This document shows, piece after piece, positions 18,379 through 27,418 of a DNA stretch of 64,000 bases; the first letter of the stretch is position 1, and each line of letters opens with the position of its first letter. The DNA is taken from the sequence record OP870146.1; one strand, 5' to 3'. This DNA is from Escherichia phage vB_Eco_F27. The translations under genes and the position numbers were made by a program. The notes under the pieces were generated by a model that was given only the letters and a program-made list of their open reading frames with translations, searched no databases and was not told the DNA's origin.

Positions 18379-18709
18379 TATCCTCAAATAAAGGGAGTTC
18401 TTTAAATATTTCTTTCTGTTGTTCTTCCGTAATGTTATAGCGTGAAGCTACAGCACTCCAGGCAGACATCATTGAGGCCATTCCATTAAGACCTGGAACA
18501 GTGCTCATCATTCGCTTCATTGAACGAACTGAAGCATGAAAAGGTGTATAAGCCGCTTTCTCTTCAGGAGTAGAAGGACGTTTAAGAACACTTCCACGTT
18601 CATCGATGATTTTGGCTTCGTACGCTTTCCATTCTGTAAAAGGTTTTTGCATTAGTCGAATAAACTTATATGCATAAACTGAATCTATTGCAGTGTTAAT
18701 AATACCCAT
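18242..18709 (-). CDS. hypothetical protein
   Basis: Start taken at MGIINTAIDS (AGGAGG SD); C-terminal basic tail KKRKRIKV; 3' end lies in duplicated unit. Confidence 0.5.
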   Translation of the reverse strand: MGIINTAIDSVYAYKFIRLMQKPFTEWKAYEAKIIDERGSVLKRPSTPEEKAAYTPFHASVRSMKRMMSTVPGLNGMASMMSAWSAVASRYNITEEQQKEIFKELPLFEDMVAGDSGGSPQAIASGTTTGAVVNKGPEQIPSKKRKRIKVNINKL

Positions 18710-18728
18710 AGGTACCTCCTGAGTATAT

Positions 18729-18926
18729 TTAATCAATTACAAAGATTGCTTTGTCACCATTTATATCTGTGACTTCATATGTAGTGCCTTCATACTGTGG
18801 AATATTCCAAATTACACCGTCATTAGCTTTTACGCTAATATAGCATTGGTGTTTTGAAACAACTTCATAATCTTCAAAACTTGTAAAAACACTAATTTTA
18901 GAACCAGTGCAAATTGCAGTAGTCAT
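18729..18926 (-). CDS. hypothetical protein
   Basis: 65-aa ORF. Confidence 0.4.
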   Translation of the reverse strand: MTTAICTGSKISVFTSFEDYEVVSKHQCYISVKANDGVIWNIPQYEGTTYEVTDINGDKAIFVID

Positions 18927-18927
18927 T

Positions 18928-19587
18928 TTAACCTCGATTCATAAATGCATTAAATATTTGGTCATCAACAGAAATTTCTAATTTGACTTCAATTGCTTCA
19001 GCCTTTTCTTCAGGTGGTAATTCGTATCCACACACTACAATTTTTTCATCGATATCAAAATATACAGAAGCAATACGATTAATGTTACTTTCAGTTAAGT
19101 CTAAATCAACATCAACATCTTTTTGACCTACACTTAAAGGATAACTAATACGGGTTATTTTATTATCTTTAACAAAGAGTCCACCAACATACTCTGTACT
19201 GCGTTTGAAGTTTACACGTTTCCGAATTGAAAGATATGATACATCTTTACCGTGAGCTCGGCTCATAGGACATAATGAATAGCTAGAATAAGAGATGTCA
19301 AATCCTACACCTTCAATATGAGCCAACGTGTCATGATTAAACCAATTATAATCATATGCCAAATCCATTATATTGTAATATGTGAAAGGCACAGGATTAA
19401 CATCATATGTTGTACCTTTAAAATCTGCCCAGGCAACGATTTCGTTATCTTTAACAATTACAAAAATTACACCAATATGGTATCCGTTATTATTTTCGTT
19501 CGGCGTTATATTATAACATTGTGCATTAGGAAATTTACCATATTTAAATGGTGCGTTTTTGTGCATATAATAAATCATATTATTCAC
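18928..19587 (-). CDS. hypothetical protein
   Basis: 219-aa ORF. Confidence 0.5.
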   Translation of the reverse strand: MNNMIYYMHKNAPFKYGKFPNAQCYNITPNENNNGYHIGVIFVIVKDNEIVAWADFKGTTYDVNPVPFTYYNIMDLAYDYNWFNHDTLAHIEGVGFDISYSSYSLCPMSRAHGKDVSYLSIRKRVNFKRSTEYVGGLFVKDNKITRISYPLSVGQKDVDVDLDLTESNINRIASVYFDIDEKIVVCGYELPPEEKAEAIEVKLEISVDDQIFNAFMNRG

Positions 19588-19873
19588 CTGTGATTTCGGT
19601 TACGATATCTTTGTTATCGAAATTAGGGTCACAATACAAAACATAGTTGTACTGCATGATACCGCCGGACTTAAGTTGTTCAACAACTTTATTAACCATA
19701 TTAGGACGGTCTCGTTTAGTGATGTTCATGATATCAGAGAAGATTTGTTGTTCAACATCTTCTTGATTTGCAGTCATTGACCACTCACAGAGGTCTTTAT
19801 CATAACCTGCCGTAACTGGAGCCGGTGCACATGATACTGCAAGTAAGATTGCTGCCAATGATAACTTTTTCAT
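19580..19873 (-). CDS. sp: spackle periplasmic protein (lysozyme inhibitor / superinfection exclusion)
   Basis: Signal peptide plus AGYDKDLCEWSMTANQ...SGGIMQYNYVLYCD matches recalled T4 Sp. Confidence 0.85.
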   Translation of the reverse strand: MKKLSLAAILLAVSCAPAPVTAGYDKDLCEWSMTANQEDVEQQIFSDIMNITKRDRPNMVNKVVEQLKSGGIMQYNYVLYCDPNFDNKDIVTEITGE

Positions 19874-19902
19874 TTTAACTCCTTAGTTGATTTGATAGGA
19901 CT

Positions 19903-19932
19903 ACTATACTATAGTCCATCTATAATGTAAAC
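19903..19932 (-). promoter_or_regulatory. early promoter (spackle)
   Basis: GTTTAC-spacer-TATAGTAGTCC; -10 flanked by inverted repeat GGACTA/TAGTCC. Confidence 0.55.
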
Positions 19933-19936
19933 AAGT

Positions 19937-20185
19937 TTATTCTTTTTCGCGAATAATAATTACTTGTTGAGGCTGCTGAGCAGATTTCTTTTCGGCAACG
20001 ATAGACCAAATTAAAGTTCCAATCCAACCAATCATCGTCCAGTTAAAGAGTAAAGATACAAAGAAGATTGCTGTTGTGCTTTTTGTGCCACGAATAAGTG
20101 CGATTACCCAAGGCAACATGTAAATGATGATTGAACCGATACCTGCGATTAAAACTGCTACTGAACTAGCTACGAATAATTCCAT
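19937..20185 (-). CDS. small integral membrane protein
   Basis: 82 aa, two hydrophobic helices. Confidence 0.55.
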   Translation of the reverse strand: MELFVASSVAVLIAGIGSIIIYMLPWVIALIRGTKSTTAIFFVSLLFNWTMIGWIGTLIWSIVAEKKSAQQPQQVIIIREKE

Positions 20186-20212
20186 GTTAATTTCCTCTTG
20201 ATTTGTTATGTT

Positions 20213-20243
20213 TATAGTATCTTATTTTAACTTTGGTGTAAAC
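20213..20243 (-). promoter_or_regulatory. early promoter
   Basis: GTTTAC accaaagttaaaataaga TACTATAAAC upstream of membrane protein gene. Confidence 0.5.
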
Positions 20244-20246
20244 CAA

Positions 20247-20615
20247 TTAATTAAATTTGTTTAAACGTTCAATACACTGGACATAGTTATTCGCGATTTG
20301 TTTCTGGGTAGGCTCTTTACCAGTTGTTTCAACATAGCGAATGAATGCGATTTCAGTAGCCTGTAAGCAATGTTCTTTAACGCGTTGTTCTTTTGACAAC
20401 GCTACGGTATCAGAATCACGATAACGTTGAGCATGGGCATCAGCTTGAATCATTCGATTACCTACAGTAACCGGGTCTTCCACTTCAACTTTAGGTTGGT
20501 CGTACTGTTTAACATTCGGATTGTAAATCAATTGGCCGACGTTATTAGGGATAAAGCCATGGGCACCACATCCGGTTAATCCAAATACCATTGCTAAAGC
20601 GATTAATTTTTTCAT
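20247..20615 (-). CDS. putative lipoprotein
   Basis: Lipobox LTGC after signal peptide. Confidence 0.55.
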   Translation of the reverse strand: MKKLIALAMVFGLTGCGAHGFIPNNVGQLIYNPNVKQYDQPKVEVEDPVTVGNRMIQADAHAQRYRDSDTVALSKEQRVKEHCLQATEIAFIRYVETTGKEPTQKQIANNYVQCIERLNKFN

Positions 20616-20675
20616 TTCAATTTCCTCTGTAGTTGATAGAAAGATAGTAACACAGTATGTGGTGCTTGTAAACAG

Positions 20676-20888
20676 CTATTTTAAACTTTTTCGAAATTTG
20701 CGTTTTTCTTGACGAATCTGTCGTTTAGTCGGACGTACAGCAAATTTAACGAAGTCCACTTTGCCGTGTGGAAACTTTTCAGATGCTTCACAGTCCATCA
20801 TTAGTTCCCATCCTTCCAGAATAAGAGCTTTCCATTGTGTAGTTGATGCAAATTCATATGTTGATGGTTTAAACACAGTTGAATACAT
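20676..20888 (-). CDS. small basic hypothetical protein
   Basis: Start at MYSTVFKP; C-terminal VRPTKRQIRQEKRKFRK. Confidence 0.45.
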   Translation of the reverse strand: MYSTVFKPSTYEFASTTQWKALILEGWELMMDCEASEKFPHGKVDFVKFAVRPTKRQIRQEKRKFRKSLK

Positions 20889-20889
20889 A

Positions 20890-21081
20890 TTATCCTCTGA
20901 AATCAGCTTCAAAAACTTTCTCGTCATTAATAAATGCTTTAACTAATGTTTTGTTCACTTCAGCAAGTTGTACCGTAACCCACTCGATTTCTTCGCGATC
21001 ACCTGATAACATCATATCTTTAGTGAACATCTCACCGCTTTTAAACCAACCGATAAAAGTAACTTTAGTTAATTTGCTCAT
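20890..21081 (-). CDS. dmd: Dmd antitoxin (discriminator of mRNA degradation)
   Basis: MSKLTKVTFIGWFKSGEMFTK...AEVNKTLVKAFINDEKVFEADFRG matches recalled T4 Dmd. Confidence 0.85.
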   Translation of the reverse strand: MSKLTKVTFIGWFKSGEMFTKDMMLSGDREEIEWVTVQLAEVNKTLVKAFINDEKVFEADFRG

Positions 21082-21395
21082 ATTTCCTCGCAAAAGGCCC
21101 ATTCAGCGTGATAAACTGTAGCACCTTTAGTATTATTCATTTGAACTACGTCTACCGGAGAAATTACTCGATAGAGACGTGGTTCACCTCCATAAGAGCG
21201 TGCTGCTCGTCCTGCATAAATCTTTGCTAAACCGATATCTTCAGTAAAGAATACACGATCCAAGTTTTTCTTACGTCCAGTTTCAGACAGAACTCCTGTT
21301 TCTTCAGGAGGACAAAGCATGTTTTCGATGTTAGCTGAACTACTTGAACCGTGATAAAAAATCTTAAATTCTGCTTTACAATCGATGGTTTTCAT
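21078..21395 (-). CDS. hypothetical protein with Arr/Tpt1-like ADP-ribosyltransferase motifs
   Basis: FYHGSSS ... RVFFTEDIGLAKIYAGRAA ... GEPRLYRVISP resembles rifampin-ADP-ribosyltransferase (Arr) H-G-S/T, Y-F-T and Y-x-V/I-x-P blocks. Confidence 0.4.
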   Translation of the reverse strand: MKTIDCKAEFKIFYHGSSSSANIENMLCPPEETGVLSETGRKKNLDRVFFTEDIGLAKIYAGRAARSYGGEPRLYRVISPVDVVQMNNTKGATVYHAEWAFCEEI

Positions 21396-21420
21396 TTTGT
21401 TCTCCAGTAGTTGATAGGTC

Positions 21421-21450
21421 TATAATAACACAACTACTGGAGAAGTAAAC
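21421..21450 (-). promoter_or_regulatory. early promoter, spacer complementary to SD
   Basis: GTTTAC ttctccagtagttgtgt TATTATAGACC; spacer CTCCAGTAGTTG is exact complement of 5'UTR CAACTACTGGAG. Confidence 0.65.
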
Positions 21451-21825
21451 TTAAAAACGTAATTTAGATATATCCGCGTTGATTTCGTTTTGGTTTGCGT
21501 CATATGCAATTAAACGAACCGCTTTAGATGGGTCATTCAATGCATAGAAATGATGGAACATTGCTCGAACGATATCACCATTTACGAGTTCTACCTGGAT
21601 AGGAGAACCTTTTTCGAGTTGGAAATGTTCATAAGCTTTGATGGTTCGTAGATAATCAAGTTTTTGATTTCCGGCTCCAACAATTTGTACGATACGTTTG
21701 CCCGTGTTTTCCATACGAGATACAATAGTTTTAGGAGCAAGAATAACGTAGGTTGCCAGCGGAGAAACTACTTCAACAGTTGTGTTTTCGGTGATTGCAG
21801 TAAAAATTGCTTGAGACATATTCAT
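21451..21825 (-). CDS. hypothetical protein
   Basis: 124-aa ORF with own promoter. Confidence 0.5.
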   Translation of the reverse strand: MNMSQAIFTAITENTTVEVVSPLATYVILAPKTIVSRMENTGKRIVQIVGAGNQKLDYLRTIKAYEHFQLEKGSPIQVELVNGDIVRAMFHHFYALNDPSKAVRLIAYDANQNEINADISKLRF

Positions 21826-21854
21826 AATGTTTTCCTCTTGGTTTGTGTAAGTAC

Positions 21855-21884
21855 ATCATATCATGCCTAGAGGAAGATGTAAAC
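21855..21884 (-). promoter_or_regulatory. early promoter, spacer complementary to SD
   Basis: GTTTAC atcttcctctaggcatga TATGAT; spacer TTCCTCT vs 5'UTR AGAGGAA. Confidence 0.55.
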
Positions 21885-21885
21885 C

Positions 21886-21912
21886 ACGAAAGGAGACCGA
21901 AGTCTCCTTTTT
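21886..21912 (-). terminator. terminator-like hairpin after gene 41 (possibly bidirectional)
   Basis: GGAGAC-UUCG-GUCUCC; short U-run on minus transcript, longer T-run on plus side. Confidence 0.45.
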
Positions 21913-21913
21913 A

Positions 21914-23356
21914 TTAAAATTTTAACTCATTGGCTAAGCTATCTAGGTCAGCACGTGTTGCTTTGGCTTTACCTACGCGTTCCGTACGATTCACCTCTGC
22001 CTGACGCATCTGAGCACCTGCGTTTTCATTTACTGTGTTAGGTGTGTTCATGCCTTCTTGCTCAATCTCAACCCATTTCTGATTGCCTTTACGTACACCC
22101 ATCAGGAATTTATTCCACTTATTCTTATCGCCGTATCGTGATTTGATTTGTTTGATAAGTTGTTGTTCAGCTTGTGCAAGTTCTTCGGTTTCAATTACAG
22201 CCAACATGAAATCTGCCGTTGCTGGTAAACCTGCTGATTCTGCGATATCACTCATGTTCATGTCTGAAGCATCCCATGCTGCACGTCCTACTTGAGCTGC
22301 AGTCCATAGAACTGTTTCAGATTCTACTGCTAATGCACGAAGTTCTTCTGCGATAGCTTTAACTAATGTGTAGCTATTTTCAGTGTAAACTCTGATACGA
22401 CAAGACCCACAAATACCTAAGTAATCAACCATGATTACAGATGGCACAAAGTTCTTCTTAAGTTTTAACTCATTAAGCAATGCACGAAATGTATTAGCAT
22501 TAGCTCCACCAGTAGGATACTGTTTAACTACTAAACGTCCTAATGTGGATTTTGAACGCCATTTTTCCATCTTGGCTTTATATTCAGCATAAGATACGTT
22601 ACCATCATCAATATCATCAAGTGATACGTCAAGCATGTTTGCATCTATACGCTTAGCGCAAACTTCTTCAGCCATTTCCATAGAAATATAAAGAACGTTA
22701 TGACCTGTTTGAAGATAATCTGCGGCAAGTGAACAAAGGCCTAAAGATTTACCAACGTTAACACCAGCCATTAAAACATTCAGTGTACCGGTTTCAGCAC
22801 CACCTTTAGTGATTTTATTCAGAATGTTTAATTTGAACGGGACCTTACGTGCTTTGTTCAGATAAGAAAGCCAGCGTGCTTCATAGTCTTCCATCCAGTC
22901 ATGCCCAACATAACTATCAAACGAAATTGAAAGTGCTTGACGCATAATATCAGGAATAGCTCCTACGTCAGGCATTTTCTTGTTACGTTGTTCTGGAGGT
23001 AGTTCAGCATTAGACTGAATCTCAATGATTTTGGATGTAGCATTATACATCGCTTTTTGCTGGACATATTTCTCAGTTTCTTTAACCAACCATTCATGGT
23101 CTTCAGGAGTATCAGCCAATTTTTCAATTAGGTCTGAAGTTCCTTTATATTCGGCTTCAGTTAAAGAACTGTTATCTAAAGCCACCTTTAATGCATTGAT
23201 AGATGGCATTGCATTATATTCGTTAACGTGGCTCTTTATAATTTTAAAGACGTTTTTTGCCGGTCCACGCTCAAAATACTCAGAATCCATATAAGGCCAG
23301 ACCTTAGAAAAATAAGCCTGGTCATATACGAGATGAGACAAAATAATTTCTACCAC
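21914..23356 (-). CDS. 41: replicative DNA helicase (DnaB-like)
   Basis: 480 aa; Walker A GVNVGKSLGL, Walker B VIMVDYLG; synteny. Confidence 0.9.
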   Translation of the reverse strand: MVEIILSHLVYDQAYFSKVWPYMDSEYFERGPAKNVFKIIKSHVNEYNAMPSINALKVALDNSSLTEAEYKGTSDLIEKLADTPEDHEWLVKETEKYVQQKAMYNATSKIIEIQSNAELPPEQRNKKMPDVGAIPDIMRQALSISFDSYVGHDWMEDYEARWLSYLNKARKVPFKLNILNKITKGGAETGTLNVLMAGVNVGKSLGLCSLAADYLQTGHNVLYISMEMAEEVCAKRIDANMLDVSLDDIDDGNVSYAEYKAKMEKWRSKSTLGRLVVKQYPTGGANANTFRALLNELKLKKNFVPSVIMVDYLGICGSCRIRVYTENSYTLVKAIAEELRALAVESETVLWTAAQVGRAAWDASDMNMSDIAESAGLPATADFMLAVIETEELAQAEQQLIKQIKSRYGDKNKWNKFLMGVRKGNQKWVEIEQEGMNTPNTVNENAGAQMRQAEVNRTERVGKAKATRADLDSLANELKF

Positions 23357-23365
23357 GATAACTCC

Positions 23366-23707
23366 TTAAAAGAATTTAAATTTTTTCTTGGTTCGTTCAT
23401 TAAAAGCTTGTTGTACTTGCATTGTAACACATTTTTCAACATGTGGTGCAAGTTCTGCTTTTCTGTCCTGGTCAAGAACTGCAAAGTCCATTACGATTTT
23501 ACCATCAACCCAGTCTAGTTTTGTAATATAGACTATATGATGGGAACCGTCTTCAAGTGTAATCAGAATCTCTTGAATGACATTTTCCATTGCTGAACGG
23601 ATAATTTTAAGAGATTCATTAAACACTCGTTCTTTGCGAATGTCTTCCCCTTCCGAAGAAGGGGATTCATCAACGATTTCTAGATTTAAATCATCGAGAT
23701 TATTCAT
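23366..23707 (-). CDS. hypothetical protein at gene 40 position
   Basis: Located between 41 and uvsX as T4 gene 40; start taken at MNNLDDLNLEIV (alternative start 23728). Confidence 0.5.
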   Translation of the reverse strand: MNNLDDLNLEIVDESPSSEGEDIRKERVFNESLKIIRSAMENVIQEILITLEDGSHHIVYITKLDWVDGKIVMDFAVLDQDRKAELAPHVEKCVTMQVQQAFNERTKKKFKFF

Positions 23708-24872
23708 CGAAATCTTCCATTTCGTCAAGGTCGTTTTCTATATCTGCTGCAGACGGAGCATCAGAAGTTTTAACCGGAACTTTAGTTGTTGCTTTGCAAT
23801 TAATAAGGTCGTTAACAGCGTCATCAACTTCTTTAATAGAAGAGATAGCACCTAGTTTATATTTAGTTTCAATTGCATCTCGGAAAGGTTTGTGTTTAAA
23901 CAAAGGTCCCCAGAATTCTACACAATCAGTAGCTTTAGCACGCCATGATTTTTCTTCACGAATCATTTCACCTGTTTCTTCGTCAAGGAATTCACGAGCA
24001 TACCAACCAGCTTTAGGCTTAACAACAAATCCAATTTCAGTTGCCATTTCTAACAAGCCACTGAATGGATCAATACCGCCATCAAAATTAACCGTGATCG
24101 GGAAAGTAGATTTCTCTTTAACTGTACGAGATTTTTCTGCTTTCAACGTGAAGTCATAACCGGTCAATTCTGTACCTTCTTTAACCTGACGTTTAGAGAT
24201 AAAGAATACAGTGTTAGCAGAGTAAAGAATACCTGTACCACCACCCATAATCTCTTTAGGATATAGTCCGCCGATTTCCATTGCGGTATGGTTAATTGCA
24301 ACACACGGAATATCTTTAATAGTCAGATACGGGGTCACAATACGGAAAAGAGATTTAAGTGCCTTAGCACGAGACATATCACCTACAACTTTCTCGTTCA
24401 ACGCATCTTCGGTTTCTTTCTTAGATGCAGTATTACCGATTGAATCGATAAAGATAATAACTTTATCACCGCGTTCAATCGCGTCAAGCTGATTAGTCAT
24501 ATCAACTTTAAGTTGTTCGACAGATTGAATCGGAGTATGAACTACACGGTCTAAATCAACACCCATTGAACGAAAATAAGATTCCGAAGCACCGAATTCT
24601 GAGTCATAAAACAAACAGATTGCATCTTTATATTTCTTCATATATGCTGCAACCATGGTCAGTCCAAACAACGTTTTAAAGTGTTTAGAAGGAGCAGCAA
24701 AAATAGTCAAGCCTGATTGCAATCCTGCATTCAGAGCACCACCTAGTGCAATATTCAACATCGGAATACGAGTAGGGACTTCATCACGATTATTAAACAG
24801 CTTAGACTTAGTCAAGTCTGCAGTCATTTTAGAAGTAGAAGCTTTAATCAGACGAGATTTTAAATCAGACAT
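23700..24872 (-). CDS. uvsX: UvsX recombinase (RecA-like)
   Basis: 390 aa, MSDLKSRLIKASTSK..., RecA Walker A/B; close to recalled T4 UvsX. Confidence 0.95.
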   Translation of the reverse strand: MSDLKSRLIKASTSKMTADLTKSKLFNNRDEVPTRIPMLNIALGGALNAGLQSGLTIFAAPSKHFKTLFGLTMVAAYMKKYKDAICLFYDSEFGASESYFRSMGVDLDRVVHTPIQSVEQLKVDMTNQLDAIERGDKVIIFIDSIGNTASKKETEDALNEKVVGDMSRAKALKSLFRIVTPYLTIKDIPCVAINHTAMEIGGLYPKEIMGGGTGILYSANTVFFISKRQVKEGTELTGYDFTLKAEKSRTVKEKSTFPITVNFDGGIDPFSGLLEMATEIGFVVKPKAGWYAREFLDEETGEMIREEKSWRAKATDCVEFWGPLFKHKPFRDAIETKYKLGAISSIKEVDDAVNDLINCKATTKVPVKTSDAPSAADIENDLDEMEDFDE

Positions 24873-24925
24873 TGTATTTTTCCATAGGCATCATTATATT
24901 TTACTCATGTTTAAAAGATAAGATG

Positions 24926-24953
24926 ATTATATACTAAGGGTTATACAGCATTT
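24926..24953 (-). promoter_or_regulatory. possible MotA-dependent middle promoter upstream of uvsX
   Basis: Minus strand AAATGCTGTAtaacccttagtaTATAAT: MotA-box-like TGCTGTA 12 nt before -10. Confidence 0.35.
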
Positions 24954-24970
24954 AAAACTTTAAATGGCTC

Positions 24971-25519
24971 TTAACGAGCCCATTTGATAATTTCTGTAAT
25001 CAAATAATTACGTTCGCTTGCATTAAATCCTATAACTTTGTTAGCACCATCATGATTAAGTAATTGATACGTTTGGATTTTGTTATGAATTGCAAACTCT
25101 TCAAAATGTGAAATGACTGTATTAAAACCGAATGAAGACAAAGTAATAAGGTCGTCTTCAAAACTTTCAGTCATTTCGTTACGTGTTAAAATAATTGTGA
25201 ACACATCATGGTTTTGGCAAAGACGAACATAATCCTGCTCATAAACATCAAGAACAGAGTCCGCATCTTGTCGAATACGTCCATAAACCCAGTTACTAAT
25301 ATATCCACGGTCTAACAGATAAATCTTAGTAGGGTCTAAATAATTCAACATCGTTTCGAAACAACCAACTTCGTTTCGAGACTTAACATCGAAACGTCCA
25401 TCAACCGTTCGTTTAGGGAAATCAATCTTTACATATCTTTCACTAATTTCCATTATGTCATTAATGAAAGTTGTTTTACCAGCATTATCCGGGCCATCTA
25501 CTAAAATAATTTTAGCCAT
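24971..25519 (-). CDS. P-loop nucleotide kinase, thymidylate-kinase-like
   Basis: Walker A ILVDGPDNAGKTT; LLDRGYISNWVYG resembles Tmk DRY/S motif; occupies the slot where T4 has beta-gt. Confidence 0.55.
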   Translation of the reverse strand: MAKIILVDGPDNAGKTTFINDIMEISERYVKIDFPKRTVDGRFDVKSRNEVGCFETMLNYLDPTKIYLLDRGYISNWVYGRIRQDADSVLDVYEQDYVRLCQNHDVFTIILTRNEMTESFEDDLITLSSFGFNTVISHFEEFAIHNKIQTYQLLNHDGANKVIGFNASERNYLITEIIKWAR

Positions 25520-25520
25520 T

Positions 25521-26420
25521 TTATTCCTCGATTACAACATCTTCGTATTTAGGTATATTATACGGTGAAGAAATTAAAGCATTAAAGTAGATGAACTCAC
25601 CAAGACCTGGATGGAATACTTCTTCAGGATTTTCGAAATATTGAATCTTCGGACGTCCTTTAAGAATTTGATAGTACTCAGTTTTAGTTGGTTTAAAAAT
25701 TCGAATCAACGCTTCTTCAGGATACTTATTTCTGTCGAAGCTATTATTTGGATCGGTTATATAAAGCGGTTGACCTAATTGAATTGCGCATTCAACCACT
25801 TGTTCAAAACGATAGCATGGGTCACTAATTCGAAATGGATGAAAAATACCATCTAGATGAATAGGAGCCAAATCACCTACAAGACGCTGCATGATGGAAG
25901 GACGTATAACTTTCTGCGTTACGATAATCTTATTACCATCTGCACCAGCGTTAACCAGCACTTCTTTTTGACGTTCATTCAACACAGTAGTTTGAAGTGA
26001 ACGATTAACCGACAACATATCGGTTTTTAAGAATTCGTCAATATAAAAACGTGGTTTATTAGGGTCTGCAGTGATATTGAAATTGAATTCCACATCAAAA
26101 GCGCCGTCATATCCAGTGATATCTGTGATTAGAAAATCACAATCATAATAAGCAATTAATGAATCAACCACAAATTCATTTTCAGACCAGAAATATTTAC
26201 GAGTGTTATACGCGTTATCTTTATACCATAATGGAACAAACTTAAATTCTGGGAAAAGACGTTCACATTCTTTAATATCAGATGCATTACGTGGATATGT
26301 AATCACATCACCCGGATTAGCACGGTGCAAATGAAGTTGGAAGTTGCCATCCTTAAGGATAGCATACTGTCCAGTTTCATAAGACCGCATACTCAAAATA
26401 GGTACGCGGAAAATAGCCAT
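25521..26420 (-). CDS. hypothetical protein (candidate modification enzyme)
   Basis: 299 aa, no recognisable motif; in operon with gene 42 and Tmk-like kinase. Confidence 0.45.
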   Translation of the reverse strand: MAIFRVPILSMRSYETGQYAILKDGNFQLHLHRANPGDVITYPRNASDIKECERLFPEFKFVPLWYKDNAYNTRKYFWSENEFVVDSLIAYYDCDFLITDITGYDGAFDVEFNFNITADPNKPRFYIDEFLKTDMLSVNRSLQTTVLNERQKEVLVNAGADGNKIIVTQKVIRPSIMQRLVGDLAPIHLDGIFHPFRISDPCYRFEQVVECAIQLGQPLYITDPNNSFDRNKYPEEALIRIFKPTKTEYYQILKGRPKIQYFENPEEVFHPGLGEFIYFNALISSPYNIPKYEDVVIEE

Positions 26421-27136
26421 TAGTCAAGGAATCCTTTAACATAATCAAAATCACGTTCAAACACATGGGCACTTACCATGGTATGAGTATAATCACCAAC
26501 TTCTACACCGCATTCGTTAGCGATATAATGAAGTAATTTTCCTTGGAGATAAAAATCCAACTGCATAACAACAGCACAGTTCTGAGAACGCATATGACAA
26601 TGGGTATAAAGCTTACCATCACGAATATAATAAGTCACTGAGTCAGTACATGGATATTCAAGCGTTTCGTCTGAATCAAGCAAAGCCTGATCAGAACTTT
26701 CTAGAATTTGGAACACAACTCTTCGGGAGTTAGGCTTCTCTTTAAGTTCTTTTAGAAGAGCTGGTAATTGGGCCGCAATGCGAGGACCATAGAAAGTGTT
26801 GAAGTTCGCCGGCAAAACATCTGATTTTGGTTTAGAAATAAATTTAGCGACATTAGGATATGCCTTAAACGCTTCTTCTGCGTTGGTACCACCAGAAATC
26901 ATAAACTTCCAGAAGTCTTCGGCATATTCATAAGAGATGCGGTTAATACGTGGGTCGGTCATTTTGAATGATGATGGAGTGTCAACAACTACTGTCATAG
27001 ACCCAATTTCATTACAACGTCCAATACGAGAATCAGTTACGAATTCCGGGTTTTCTAAAATTTCACGATTGACTGCTTTAAATGCGGTTTGAAAATCTGC
27101 GGCTTTGATATATTTCATTGTGTTATGTTTTCCCAT
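26420..27136 (-). CDS. 42: dCMP hydroxymethylase (thymidylate-synthase superfamily)
   Basis: PCTDSVTYYIRDGKLYTHCHMRSQNCAVVM...HTMVSAHVFE matches the TS-fold active-site block (catalytic Cys, MRS, D); 238 aa close to T4 gp42 size. Confidence 0.8.
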   Translation of the reverse strand: MGKHNTMKYIKAADFQTAFKAVNREILENPEFVTDSRIGRCNEIGSMTVVVDTPSSFKMTDPRINRISYEYAEDFWKFMISGGTNAEEAFKAYPNVAKFISKPKSDVLPANFNTFYGPRIAAQLPALLKELKEKPNSRRVVFQILESSDQALLDSDETLEYPCTDSVTYYIRDGKLYTHCHMRSQNCAVVMQLDFYLQGKLLHYIANECGVEVGDYTHTMVSAHVFERDFDYVKGFLD

Positions 27137-27178
27137 GTTTACCTCAATACAATTTATTATATACTCAATTCGTAAAGC

Positions 27179-27418
27179 TTATTTGAATTTCTTGACAATG
27201 TTGATATAACGTAAAGCTTCAGCATCGATACTTCCAAGAACACTATGAAGAAATGCATCAGCGTAGTATTCCAATTGAACAGGTTCTTTAATCACTTTAG
27301 CCGCTTTAGTTTCAAACAGGCCCATCAGGGCCTTTTTAAGAATTTGTTCATTAGTGTTCAGTTTAATAGTCAAAATCTCTTCATTAAGTTGGTGGTTAAA
27401 AGTTTTTCTAGAAATCAT
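27179..27418 (-). CDS. hypothetical protein
   Basis: 79-aa ORF between Cys-rich enzyme and gene 42. Confidence 0.45.
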   Translation of the reverse strand: MISRKTFNHQLNEEILTIKLNTNEQILKKALMGLFETKAAKVIKEPVQLEYYADAFLHSVLGSIDAEALRYINIVKKFK

